DNA from: Candidatus Krumholzibacteriia bacterium
GTDB lineage: Bacteria; Krumholzibacteriota; Krumholzibacteriia; JAJRXK01
Reading direction: 5' to 3'
DNA length: 64,000 nucleotides
Assembly: GCA_041484665.1 (NCBI GenBank)
Contig: JBGPIA010000001.1
Coordinates: 544,001-608,000, forward strand
In this document: one piece after another, positions 28,403 to 37,313 of the stretch
Layout of the letters: each line of letters begins with the position of its first letter
Position numbering within the stretch: position 1 is the first letter of the stretch
Translations under genes and position numbers: made by a program
Notes under the pieces: model-generated
Database searches by the model: none
Told to the model about the DNA's origin: nothing
What the model saw: only the letters and a program-made list of their open reading frames with translations

Positions 28403-29461
28403 CTACACCTGCACGTCGCCGCGAGCGTAGTCCTTCAGCCGCACCACTTGCTCGCGGCGACCGAGCACGATCATCACGTCACCGGACTGCAGGCGTACGT
28501 CGGGACCCGGGTTGTAGGCGTACGCGCCCGGCTGGTCGCCGGGCCGGATCGCCAGCACGGTGAGCCCAGTGCGCCGGGGGATCTGCGCCTCGGCGAGTGT
28601 CTTGCCCACCAACGACGAGGTCGGCGGCACCTGGGCCTCCTCCAGGCGCAGATCGATGTCGTGGCCGGTCATCGTCACGTCCAGGAAGCTCACCACCGAG
28701 GGGCGCAAAAGCGCCGACGCCATGCGGATGCCGCCGGTGGTCACCGGCGAGATCACATGGTTGGCGCCGGCACGCTCGATCTTGTTCACCGACTCCTCGT
28801 CGTTGGCGCGCGCCACCACCGTGAGGTCGGGCTTCATCCCCCGCGCGGTCATGCACACCAGCAGGTTGTCCGCATCCTGGCGCAGGCAGGCCGCCAGCCC
28901 CCGCGCCGACTCGATGCGCGCGCTGCCCAGGGTGTGCTCTTTCAACGCGTCGCCCTCCAGCACCAAAGCGTCGGGGATCAGCTCGCTGAACGCCGCGATG
29001 CGCCCCGGGTCGTTCTCGATCACGACCAGCGGGTGATCGGAACGACGGATCTCCGCCGCCACCATGCGGCCGATGCGGCCCGCACCGCAAACGATGTAAT
29101 GTTCGCGGAGCCCTTCGATCCTCTTGCTCATCTGGCGCCTCCGCAGCAAGCCCCCCAGGTCAATCTCGATGATCAGCGCGGTGGTCAGAGCCCACCAGAT
29201 CCCCAGCCCGGTGATCCCCAACGCGATGACCGCCAGTGTGAACATGCGGCCGGCGTCGGAGAGGGGCCGCACCTCCATGAAACCCACCGAGGTCAGCGTG
29301 GTGACGGCCATGTAGAGGCACTCGAGCCAGCTCCAGCGCTCGAGGAGGTGATACCCCACAGTGGAGATGAGCGCGACCACAGTCAAGTAGAGCGCAGCGA
29401 ACAGGAAACGTTGCACGAACGGCTGCAGAGCTCCGCGAAGCGTGTCGGCGCGCTGCCGCAT
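28403..29461 (-). CDS. Potassium channel protein with RCK (TrkA-N/TrkA-C) domains
   Basis: Pore TTLTSVGF, CGAGRIG Rossmann motif and YNP in TrkA-C. Confidence 0.9.
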   Translation of the reverse strand: MRQRADTLRGALQPFVQRFLFAALYLTVVALISTVGYHLLERWSWLECLYMAVTTLTSVGFMEVRPLSDAGRMFTLAVIALGITGLGIWWALTTALIIEIDLGGLLRRRQMSKRIEGLREHYIVCGAGRIGRMVAAEIRRSDHPLVVIENDPGRIAAFSELIPDALVLEGDALKEHTLGSARIESARGLAACLRQDADNLLVCMTARGMKPDLTVVARANDEESVNKIERAGANHVISPVTTGGIRMASALLRPSVVSFLDVTMTGHDIDLRLEEAQVPPTSSLVGKTLAEAQIPRRTGLTVLAIRPGDQPGAYAYNPGPDVRLQSGDVMIVLGRREQVVRLKDYARGDVQV

Positions 29462-29494
29462 CTCGTCCTCTCCGGACCGCGCTGCCGCGCGGGC

Positions 29495-30709
29495 TCAGCT
29501 CTTGTCGCGCTCGAGGAGCCAGGCGCAGTCCATCAGTCGGCTGCCCTCGCCGTCGGTCACGGCGTACTTGCCGCCGCTCCACATCGATACACCGGCGTGT
29601 TCGCCCTTCTTGTTCACGATGTAGTACTTGATATCGAACTGCGGCCGCCCCTTGGCGTCGCGCAGGCGGCGCTCGCACGCCGCTGCGACGCGCCGCAGCA
29701 CCTCCATGCCGGCCTCCAGCGGGCTCTTGCCCTGGCGCATCTGCTCGACGGCCACGAAGCTGCCCAGACGCTGGAGGTTCTCCTCGCCGCGGCCGGTGCT
29801 GCCGGCCGCACCCACAGCGTTGTCGACATAGAGGCCGGCGCCCAGAATCGGCGAGTCGCCCACACGCCCGGGAATCTTGTAGGCCAGCCCGCTGGTGGAC
29901 GTGCAGCCGGCGAGATTCCCAAGTGCGTCAAGCACGTTGCAGTTGACGGTGCCAAAGACGTGCTCGTCCATGAAATCGACATGGCCGCGCCGCGGACGCC
30001 ACGGCGCCGGAGCGTCCGCCGCGCGGGGCGCGCCTGGACGGCCCGCTGAGCCCGGCGTCCCTACCCCACCGGCTGCCCCCACCGCCCCCGGCCGCGCCGG
30101 CACGAGCTCCCCGGTGCGCTTGTCCTGTGTCTCGGGTGGCGGCAGCCAATCGTCCTGGTCGCTGAGCGTCTCCTTCCAGTGCAGCCACTTCATCCGCGAG
30201 GACTCGGTCAACAGGTTCTCCTCCTTGAAGCCATGAGCCCGGGCGAAGCGCAACGCCCCCTCCCCCACCAGCAGTACGTGATCGGTGCGGAAGGCCACGA
30301 GCTTGGCCACCTGGCTGGGGTTGCGGATGTTCTGCAGCGCTGCCACCGCCCCGCCGCGTGCCGTCGGCCCGTGCATGCAACTCGAGTCGAGCTCGACGAC
30401 GCCCTCCTCGTTGGGCAAGCCGCCGAGGCCAACCGATTCGTCCAACGGATCGTCCTCGATGATATTGACGCCGGCGATCGCCGCGTCGAGCGGGTCGGCC
30501 CCGCCCTGGAGCAGCTCGTAGGCGCGGGCGGTGGCGCGCAGGCCGTTGGCGCTGGAGATGACGACGGGCGGCCTGCCCACTGTCGTCTTGCCCAGAGCGG
30601 GTTTGCTCTGGGCCAGCAGCGCGGTAGGCCAGAGAGCGGTGGTCGATACGGACGCTGCGGCGGCGGCGAGGCCTCCGACGAGAAAGCGGCGGCGGGTGGT
30701 CGTGGGCAT
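29495..30709 (-). CDS. Tat-exported Ntn-hydrolase, glycosylasparaginase/asparaginase-2 family
   Basis: TRRRFLV Tat motif, SVGLGGLPN, GT autoproteolysis site, STSG, GRVGDSP and TGRGE. Confidence 0.92.
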   Translation of the reverse strand: MPTTTRRRFLVGGLAAAAASVSTTALWPTALLAQSKPALGKTTVGRPPVVISSANGLRATARAYELLQGGADPLDAAIAGVNIIEDDPLDESVGLGGLPNEEGVVELDSSCMHGPTARGGAVAALQNIRNPSQVAKLVAFRTDHVLLVGEGALRFARAHGFKEENLLTESSRMKWLHWKETLSDQDDWLPPPETQDKRTGELVPARPGAVGAAGGVGTPGSAGRPGAPRAADAPAPWRPRRGHVDFMDEHVFGTVNCNVLDALGNLAGCTSTSGLAYKIPGRVGDSPILGAGLYVDNAVGAAGSTGRGEENLQRLGSFVAVEQMRQGKSPLEAGMEVLRRVAAACERRLRDAKGRPQFDIKYYIVNKKGEHAGVSMWSGGKYAVTDGEGSRLMDCAWLLERDKS

Positions 30710-31082
30710 ACTTGCGCTCCTTCGTTCGCGGGGCCGCTGCTGCGGCGCGATCGGGGCGATCCACAGGGGGCCCCGCAGCAGAGCCGAGCGACAGACTACA
30801 GGAGACCCGCGAAAGATTCCCTGGGGAAACTGCCCGTGCCAGCGGGGCGACTCCCCCCGCAGGGGCCGCGTCGCGCGGCAGTCCCGCCACGCCCGCGCGG
30901 TGGCATCCTTTCCGGGACGGCGGCCCGGTGCTAGGATGCGCGCACGCAACCGTCGGCGCCCGACGCTCGGCGCGGCACCGCCATCGCCGGTGTTGCGGCC
31001 GCCCCGAGGACCCGCTGCGCAACCCGGCCGCCGGGCGTCCGTACCACGAACGTCGGACCGTCCCTTCCCAGGAGCCTCACTC

Positions 31083-32231
31083 ATGCGGAAAGCCGGCAAG
31101 ATCGCTCTGGGATGCCTGGGCATCCCTGTGGTGTTGGTCCTGTTCATGATCATGCTCGCCCTCGGTTTCAAGGCCGCGGGCGTGCCGGCGCCCAAGATCG
31201 TAACTAAGGAGCTCGGCCAGCCGCTGGCCAGCGGGGCGGGCGCAGCGGGGTCATCGGCAGCGCCGGCGTCTGCGGGCGCAGCGGGCGCCTCAGCCAGCGC
31301 AGGCGAGCCCGCCCACGCCGGTGCGCCGGCCGCCAGCTCGGGTGGCGGCGTCCCAGCGACGGTGCTGGAGACCCGCGCTGCATCGCCAACGCCGGCCGGC
31401 GAGCCGGGCGCAAGCCTGCTGCTGTCGGCCGCCAAGCCGGTGCGCGTGCTGCTGGAGATGGAAGAAGGCATGTTCGAGATCCTGCCCGGTCCGCCGGAGC
31501 AGGGCATCCAGGTGAAGGCGGACTACGACGAGTCGACCTACGAGCTGACGCAGGAGTACGACGTCGACAAGGATGGCACGCCCGTCTACCACCTGCGCTT
31601 CTGCTCCAAGATCGCGTTCCTGCGCCGCCTCATGAAGAACGGCCATTTCAGCGACGAGGATATGGCCGCCAACCGCATTCGCGTCCAACTGCCGCGCGAC
31701 ACGCCGATGGAGCTGGTCATGGCATTGGATCGGTCTCAGACCGAGATCGATCTCTCCGGCGTGGCGCTGCGCCAGGCGGTGTGCAAGCTGCGCATGGGCG
31801 AATATCGGCTCGATGTGAACGAGCCCAATCCGGTGGCGATGGAGACGTTTCTGGTCGACTCCAGCATGGGGCAGGTGCGCATGGGAGGGCTGTCGCGGCT
31901 GCGCGCCCACCGACTGATCACGCAGGGAATGATGGGGGAGATGCGCATGGACCTGGGCGGCGCACTGCGCAATGAGACGCTGCTGGAGGCGCGCATGCGC
32001 ATGGGCCAGCTGCGCATGAACCTCCCCGAGAACGCCCACTGGGACTTCGCCCACGGCGGCGTGCGCGCCAGCATGGGGAACGTGACCGGCACGACGCAGA
32101 ATCCCGGCACCCCCGATCCCGAAGGGCCAAAGCTGCACATCGACGCGGGCGTGCTCATGGGGGAGCTGCAGCTCGGCTCCTACCCGGCCGACGCTGCCTC
32201 CGAATTGCTCGGCGGCCCGCGCGGTCACTGA
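31083..32231 (+). CDS. Hypothetical membrane-anchored protein with LiaF/LiaG-like beta-repeats
   Basis: N-terminal TM, Ala/Gly/Pro linker and six recurring MG[EQN] repeats. Confidence 0.7.
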   Translation: MRKAGKIALGCLGIPVVLVLFMIMLALGFKAAGVPAPKIVTKELGQPLASGAGAAGSSAAPASAGAAGASASAGEPAHAGAPAASSGGGVPATVLETRAASPTPAGEPGASLLLSAAKPVRVLLEMEEGMFEILPGPPEQGIQVKADYDESTYELTQEYDVDKDGTPVYHLRFCSKIAFLRRLMKNGHFSDEDMAANRIRVQLPRDTPMELVMALDRSQTEIDLSGVALRQAVCKLRMGEYRLDVNEPNPVAMETFLVDSSMGQVRMGGLSRLRAHRLITQGMMGEMRMDLGGALRNETLLEARMRMGQLRMNLPENAHWDFAHGGVRASMGNVTGTTQNPGTPDPEGPKLHIDAGVLMGELQLGSYPADAASELLGGPRGH

Positions 32232-32388
32232 GCCAACGCGCGGCAGTCGCGTCCCCCTTGACGCGGTTCGCGGGCGTCGCGATGCTGGAGAGCACCCCCT
32301 GCGGGCCGCCCCGGTCCCGCGCTCGTGCGGTCGATTCGCCCCCGGCCCGCAGTCCAGCCATGCGAGCCGAATCCTCCAAGGAGCCGCC

Positions 32389-32724
32389 GTGTCCGAGACG
32401 TACTACGACCCCCGCGACCTCGCGAAGTTCAGCAGCATCGGGGAGGACGCTCCCGAGCTCTGGAAGAAGTTCCTCGCCTGGTACAGCGCGGTCTTCACGG
32501 AAGGCGCGCTCACCGAGCGCGAGAAGGCGCTCATCGCGCTGGGCGTGGCCCACGCGGTGCAGTGCCCCTACTGCATCGACGCCTACACCCAGGCCTGCCT
32601 GGAGAAGGGCTCCAATGCGGAGCAGATGACCGAGGCCGTGCACGTTGCCGCCGCGATCCGCGGGGGCGCCTCCCTGGTGCACGGCGTGCAGATGCGCAAC
32701 TGCGCCCACAGGCTTTCCATGTAG
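32389..32724 (+). CDS. AhpD/CMD-like protein associated with ArsS
   Basis: GALTEREKALIAL..QCPYCID motif, directly upstream of the ArsS-like gene. Confidence 0.9.
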   Translation: MSETYYDPRDLAKFSSIGEDAPELWKKFLAWYSAVFTEGALTEREKALIALGVAHAVQCPYCIDAYTQACLEKGSNAEQMTEAVHVAAAIRGGASLVHGVQMRNCAHRLSM

Positions 32725-32786
32725 GAGCTGCGGCGCCCCGTGGTGCGTGGCGCCGCGCCGCCAGGCCCCCCCGATCGGAGCCATCC

Positions 32787-33839
32787 ATGACGCTCTCGCT
32801 GCGCAAACGGGAGCATGCGCTGTCGTCGAGCCTGGCGCAGCGGGAGCATCTGGCGGGGTTGCCGCTTGCTTCCTCGTTCGAGGACAAGCTGCAGCAGTCG
32901 GGGCTGTTCCCCTTGCGCCCGCTGCGGATCGACACGCTACAGATCAACGTCGGCAAGCAGTGCAACCAGGTCTGCCGGCACTGCCATGTGGACGCCGGTC
33001 CCGACCGCCGGGAGCTGATGGGCGACGAGGTCCTGGAGGCGTGCCTGCGCCTGTTCTGCGACTCGGACATCCCCACGCTGGACGTCACGGGCGGGGCGCC
33101 GGAGCTGCACCCGCGTTTCCGCGAGCTCCTCGAGCGAGCCACCGGCGCCGGACGTCACGTGATGCATCGCTGCAACCTGACGGCGATCCTGCTGCCCGGC
33201 TACGACGACCTGCCGGAGCTGCTCGCGCGCCGGCGCGTGGAGGTCGTGGCCTCGCTGCCCTACTATCTCCCCAAGCAGACCGACGCGCAGCGCGGCGATG
33301 GGGTGTTCGAGAAGTCGCTCCAGGGGCTGCGCCGCCTCAACGCTTTGGGTTACGGCCGCAGAGACAGCGGGCTCGTACTGAACCTCGTCACCAACCCCGT
33401 GGGAGCCTACCTGCCGGGCAAGCAGCAGGCGGTGGAGCAGGATTGGAGGCGCGAGCTGGAGCGCCGCTATGGGATCATCTTCAACCACCTCTACACGATC
33501 ACCAACATGCCCATCAGCCGGTTCCTGGAGTTCCTCGAGGACACGGGCAATCTGGAGGGCTACATGGAGAGGCTGGTGGCGGCCTTCAACCCGACGGCGG
33601 CGGCGGGCGTGATGTGCCGCACCCTGGTGTCCATCGGGTGGGACGGCACGATCTACGATTGCGACTTCAATCAGATGCTCGAGCTGCCGGTGGCCTCCAA
33701 TGGCACACGCCCATCGGTGCTGGGAACCGCGCCTGCCCGCTTGTTGGAGGCCCTGCGAGCGCGGCCCATCCAGGTCGCCCCCCACTGCTTCGGCTGCACC
33801 GCGGGCGCGGGGAGCAGCTGCGGGGGAGCGACGGCCTGA
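32787..33839 (+). CDS. arsS: ArsS-like radical SAM protein (arsenosugar biosynthesis family)
   Basis: CNQVCRHC radical SAM motif, TGGAPELHP, NMPISRF, YDCDFNQ and C-terminal HCFGCTAGAGSSCGG. Confidence 0.85.
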   Translation: MTLSLRKREHALSSSLAQREHLAGLPLASSFEDKLQQSGLFPLRPLRIDTLQINVGKQCNQVCRHCHVDAGPDRRELMGDEVLEACLRLFCDSDIPTLDVTGGAPELHPRFRELLERATGAGRHVMHRCNLTAILLPGYDDLPELLARRRVEVVASLPYYLPKQTDAQRGDGVFEKSLQGLRRLNALGYGRRDSGLVLNLVTNPVGAYLPGKQQAVEQDWRRELERRYGIIFNHLYTITNMPISRFLEFLEDTGNLEGYMERLVAAFNPTAAAGVMCRTLVSIGWDGTIYDCDFNQMLELPVASNGTRPSVLGTAPARLLEALRARPIQVAPHCFGCTAGAGSSCGGATA

Positions 33840-33949
33840 AGCCACCCGCGTGCGGTTACTGGCCGCGCCGGCATTCTCACCAGTGGAATGGGACGCGCGC
33901 GTGCGGCGGGCGGGTGTCGCCCTCCGCGGCGGGCGAGACCGCGAGAGCC

Positions 33950-36900
33950 ATGGTATGGACGCGTCGGCGAGATGGCCTGCTGGCGCGCAGGGGGCCTTTG
34001 CTGCTCCACGGCGCGGTGCTGGCGTGCGCCGGGGCGCTGGCGTTGGCCGCCGCCGCGGAGCCGTCACCCGCCGCCAGATCGGGGCCGGCGCCAGCCACCG
34101 AACCCGCGCCGTCGGTCGCGGCCATCGACTCTGTGCGCGCGTTGCTCGCGCGGGGCCAGGTCGAGCCGGCGCGCGCCGCTTCCGATGCAGCCGTGCGCGC
34201 ATGGCAGGCCGAGCTGGCCGGCGACCCGCTTGCACTGGCCGCGCGCCTGACGGCGCTGGCCGATGTGACCTCGGGTCGGGGGCAGTACGCGGCCGCGATT
34301 GAGCTCGACCGCCACGCGCTGGAGCTGCAAACCGCAGCGCTGGGTGCGCAGCACCTGGAGGTGGCCGCCACCCACGTGGCGCTGGCAAGCTGCTACTTTG
34401 GCCTCGAGGATCTCGCCTCGGCGTTGCAACACCAGCAGCAGGCCGTGGCGATCCAGCGCGCCCTGCTGGCCCAAGACGACGCGCGACTGGGGGAATCGCT
34501 GGTATCCCTGGGCTACCTGCACTACGGGCTGCGGCGCTTCCGTGAGGCGGCCGTGGCGTGGGAGCAGGCGCTCGCGGTCCTGCAGGCGGCCCCGGAGTCC
34601 GACCACAAGCGCATCGTATGGTGCCAATCCGACCTAGCCGAGATGAAGCGCGTGCTGGGCCACTACGATACGGCGGAGAGCCTGCAGATCGCGGCCATCG
34701 ACCGGTCGCGCGCGCACCTACCGCAGGACGCCTTCCACGCCACGCTGCTCAACAACCTCGGCGCCCTCTACTGGGACCAGGACCGCTTCGACGACACCGA
34801 GCGGCTGTGGGCCGCGGCCTTGCGTCTGAGCGAGGCCGACCCCCTGGCCGAGCCCTCGCGCATCGCGACCGCGCACCTCAACCTGGGCACGCTCTTCCGC
34901 GACCAGGGCAAGCTCACCGAGGCGCAGGTGCACATGACCCAGGCGTTGGAGCTGGCGCGCGCGGCGATCGGCGCGAAGGACGCCCGCTTCGTGATCTTCC
35001 TGCTGGAAAAGGGCAAACTCGACGCAGAACAGGACCGCTGGGACCCGGCGATCGCGGCATGGGAGGAGGGCCTGCAGGTCCTGGGCTCGCTGGGGGTCCC
35101 GCAGGAGATCTACGAGACCTACGTGTTGCAGCAGCTGGCCCGCGGCTACGCCCATCGCGGCGACCTGCCGCGCGCCGAGCAGAGCCTCCAGCGCGCCGTC
35201 GACACGCTGCAACGCACGCTGGGACCGCGGCATCCCGATGTCGGCGTGGCGCTGGCGATCTGGGCGCAGCTTCGCTCGCAGTTCGCAGCCAGTGACGATC
35301 CCATCACGCTGAACATTGCGTCCCGCGCGGTCGACATCCTCGCCGGCCTCAGCACCGCTCCCGAGTCGCTGGCCGAAGCCTACGCCGTCATGGCGCGCTG
35401 CGAGTGGGCGCAGGCCGGCCGCGCCGCGGCGTGCTCCGACATGGAGCGTGCGCTCGCGCTGGTGGAGCGCCTGCGGCCGCACCGCGGCGGCAACGACCTC
35501 TCGCGGGCGCGATTCCTGGAGCGGTTCCACGCCTATGCCAACGATTTGATCGCGTGGCGGGTCGAGACGGGCGATCTGCAGCAGGCGCTGGCCACCAGCG
35601 AGCGGGCGCGGGCGCGCGTGCTGCGCGACCAGCTGCTGGCCGGCGGCGTCGACCTGCGCGGCGAGATCTCGCCCGAGGTACTGGCGCCACTGGAGAGGCG
35701 TGAGCGCGATGCGCGCGGGCGGCTGCGCCGCGCACAGCAGTCGCTCACCTGGCAGAAAACGAGCTGGGCGCGCGGCGACGGGCAGGGCCTCGCCTCGCTC
35801 GCCGAGCTCGAACAGGAGGTCGCGGCGGCCGCCGCGACGCTGGACGCCGTCGGGCAGGAGATCAAGTTGCACAGCCCCGCATGGAGCCGCCTGCTGCAGG
35901 AGCAGTCCGAGCCGTTCGCGCTGGCCCAGGCGCAGGCGGAGCTGCTGCGCCCAAACGAGCAGCTGATCGTCTACCAGATCGGCCCGCGGGCGAGCTTCGT
36001 GTTCTTGGTCGCGCCGCAGCCGGGAGCCCTCCAGTGCTTCCCCCTCACCGTGGACGCGGAGGCCGCCGCAGCGCTGGGTGTCCCGGCCGGGCCACTCACC
36101 GACGCCGGGCTGCGCGGGCTGCTGTCCGCCAGCGCCGCGCCAGGTGACGCCAGCAGCGTGGCAGGCCTGCTGCTGGCGTTTCGCGGCGTGGGCACGCTCG
36201 CGCCTTCTTCCTCCGCGGGCTCTGCCCCTGCGCCGCCGTCCCCCGCGGGCGGCGCGCTGGACCTCGAGGTTCGGCTCTACCAGCTGTGGCGCACGCTGCT
36301 ACCTGCTTCGGCGTGGACGGCGATGCGCCGCTGCCACTCTGTTCTGGTCGTCCCCGACGGCGCGCTGCACCTGCTGCCGTTCGAGTCGCTGGTGGTGGCC
36401 GCGCCGGGGCATGGGTCGCCGCCTCGGTACTGGATCGACGTGGGCCCGGTCGTGCGCTACGCGCACTCGATCGCCACCGCGGTGGAGTTCGAGCGGCGGG
36501 CGCTGGCAGCGGCTGGGCGCCGGGAGCGTACTTCCCGGGCGGAGGGAATCGTCAGCGTGAGTGACCCTGCGTTCGCCCCAGAACAGACCGTCGGAGGCGC
36601 CCCGATCCGGCGGCTGCCCGGCACGCGCGCGGAGAGCGCGGCACTGGCGCAGGCTTTCCACGGCGCGACGGTACAGCTGCTGCAGGGTGAGTTCGCCACC
36701 GAGCGTGCCCTGAGGGCCGCCGCCCCCGGCGCGCGGATCCTCCACCTTGCTACGCACGGCATCGTGGACGAGGAGCAGAACCCGCCCTTCGCCGCGCTGC
36801 TGCTTACGCCTCCGCCACCGGGCTCGCTGCCGGCCTCTTCCGGGAGCACGGAGGGCCAGAGCCGTTCCGGTCGCGCCACTGGCCCGGGCCGTGCCGGTCA

Positions 36901-37300
36901 CGCCCGCGGCCCGGACCGCGGCGGTGACGACGCCTCCAACGACGGCGTCCTGCGCCTGAGCGAGGTGTACGACCTCAATCTGGACTGCGATCTCGCTGTA
37001 TTATCTGCGTGCGACACGAAGCTCGGCAAGCAGGTGCAAGGAGAGGGCGTGTTCGCTCTGTCGCGTGCGTTCCAGGCGGCCGGCGCCCGGCGGACGGTCG
37101 CGAGCCTCTGGGCCGTGGCCGACGAATCGACTGCCCTGCTCATGAGAGAGTATTTCCAGCGTATCGCTCGGGCACAGGCCCGCGGCGGGGAGCTGGACTA
37201 CGCGCGCCTGCTGCGAGATGCTAAGCGCAGACTGCGCGACGACCCGCGCTGGTCCCAACCCATCTTCTGGGCGCCGTTCGTCCTGAGCGGAGCCAGATGA
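33950..37300 (+). CDS. TPR-repeat + CHAT (caspase-like) protease with an N-terminal signal-like segment
   Basis: TPR helices (LNNLGALY, LNLGTLF), VVPDGALHLLPFE, HLATHG (His), VLSACDT (Cys), SLWAV and FWAPFVL. Confidence 0.92.
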   Translation: MVWTRRRDGLLARRGPLLLHGAVLACAGALALAAAAEPSPAARSGPAPATEPAPSVAAIDSVRALLARGQVEPARAASDAAVRAWQAELAGDPLALAARLTALADVTSGRGQYAAAIELDRHALELQTAALGAQHLEVAATHVALASCYFGLEDLASALQHQQQAVAIQRALLAQDDARLGESLVSLGYLHYGLRRFREAAVAWEQALAVLQAAPESDHKRIVWCQSDLAEMKRVLGHYDTAESLQIAAIDRSRAHLPQDAFHATLLNNLGALYWDQDRFDDTERLWAAALRLSEADPLAEPSRIATAHLNLGTLFRDQGKLTEAQVHMTQALELARAAIGAKDARFVIFLLEKGKLDAEQDRWDPAIAAWEEGLQVLGSLGVPQEIYETYVLQQLARGYAHRGDLPRAEQSLQRAVDTLQRTLGPRHPDVGVALAIWAQLRSQFAASDDPITLNIASRAVDILAGLSTAPESLAEAYAVMARCEWAQAGRAAACSDMERALALVERLRPHRGGNDLSRARFLERFHAYANDLIAWRVETGDLQQALATSERARARVLRDQLLAGGVDLRGEISPEVLAPLERRERDARGRLRRAQQSLTWQKTSWARGDGQGLASLAELEQEVAAAAATLDAVGQEIKLHSPAWSRLLQEQSEPFALAQAQAELLRPNEQLIVYQIGPRASFVFLVAPQPGALQCFPLTVDAEAAAALGVPAGPLTDAGLRGLLSASAAPGDASSVAGLLLAFRGVGTLAPSSSAGSAPAPPSPAGGALDLEVRLYQLWRTLLPASAWTAMRRCHSVLVVPDGALHLLPFESLVVAAPGHGSPPRYWIDVGPVVRYAHSIATAVEFERRALAAAGRRERTSRAEGIVSVSDPAFAPEQTVGGAPIRRLPGTRAESAALAQAFHGATVQLLQGEFATERALRAAAPGARILHLATHGIVDEEQNPPFAALLLTPPPPGSLPASSGSTEGQSRSGRATGPGRAGHARGPDRGGDDASNDGVLRLSEVYDLNLDCDLAVLSACDTKLGKQVQGEGVFALSRAFQAAGARRTVASLWAVADESTALLMREYFQRIARAQARGGELDYARLLRDAKRRLRDDPRWSQPIFWAPFVLSGAR

Positions 37301-37313
37301 GCCGGAGGCAGAC

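Noticed and set aside
33810..33900. Selenocysteine recoding in ArsS
   Set aside because: The motif codon is TGC (Cys). The TGA at 33837-33839 follows the complete motif and is a normal stop.
32645..33949. N-terminal extension that would make the CHAT protein 1551 aa
   Set aside because: It overlaps the AhpD-like and ArsS genes in another frame. The plausible start is near 33950.
33950..37300. CRISPR-associated (Craspase) or gasdermin system
   Set aside because: No Cas7-11, CRISPR array or gasdermin-like gene is recognisable in the window.
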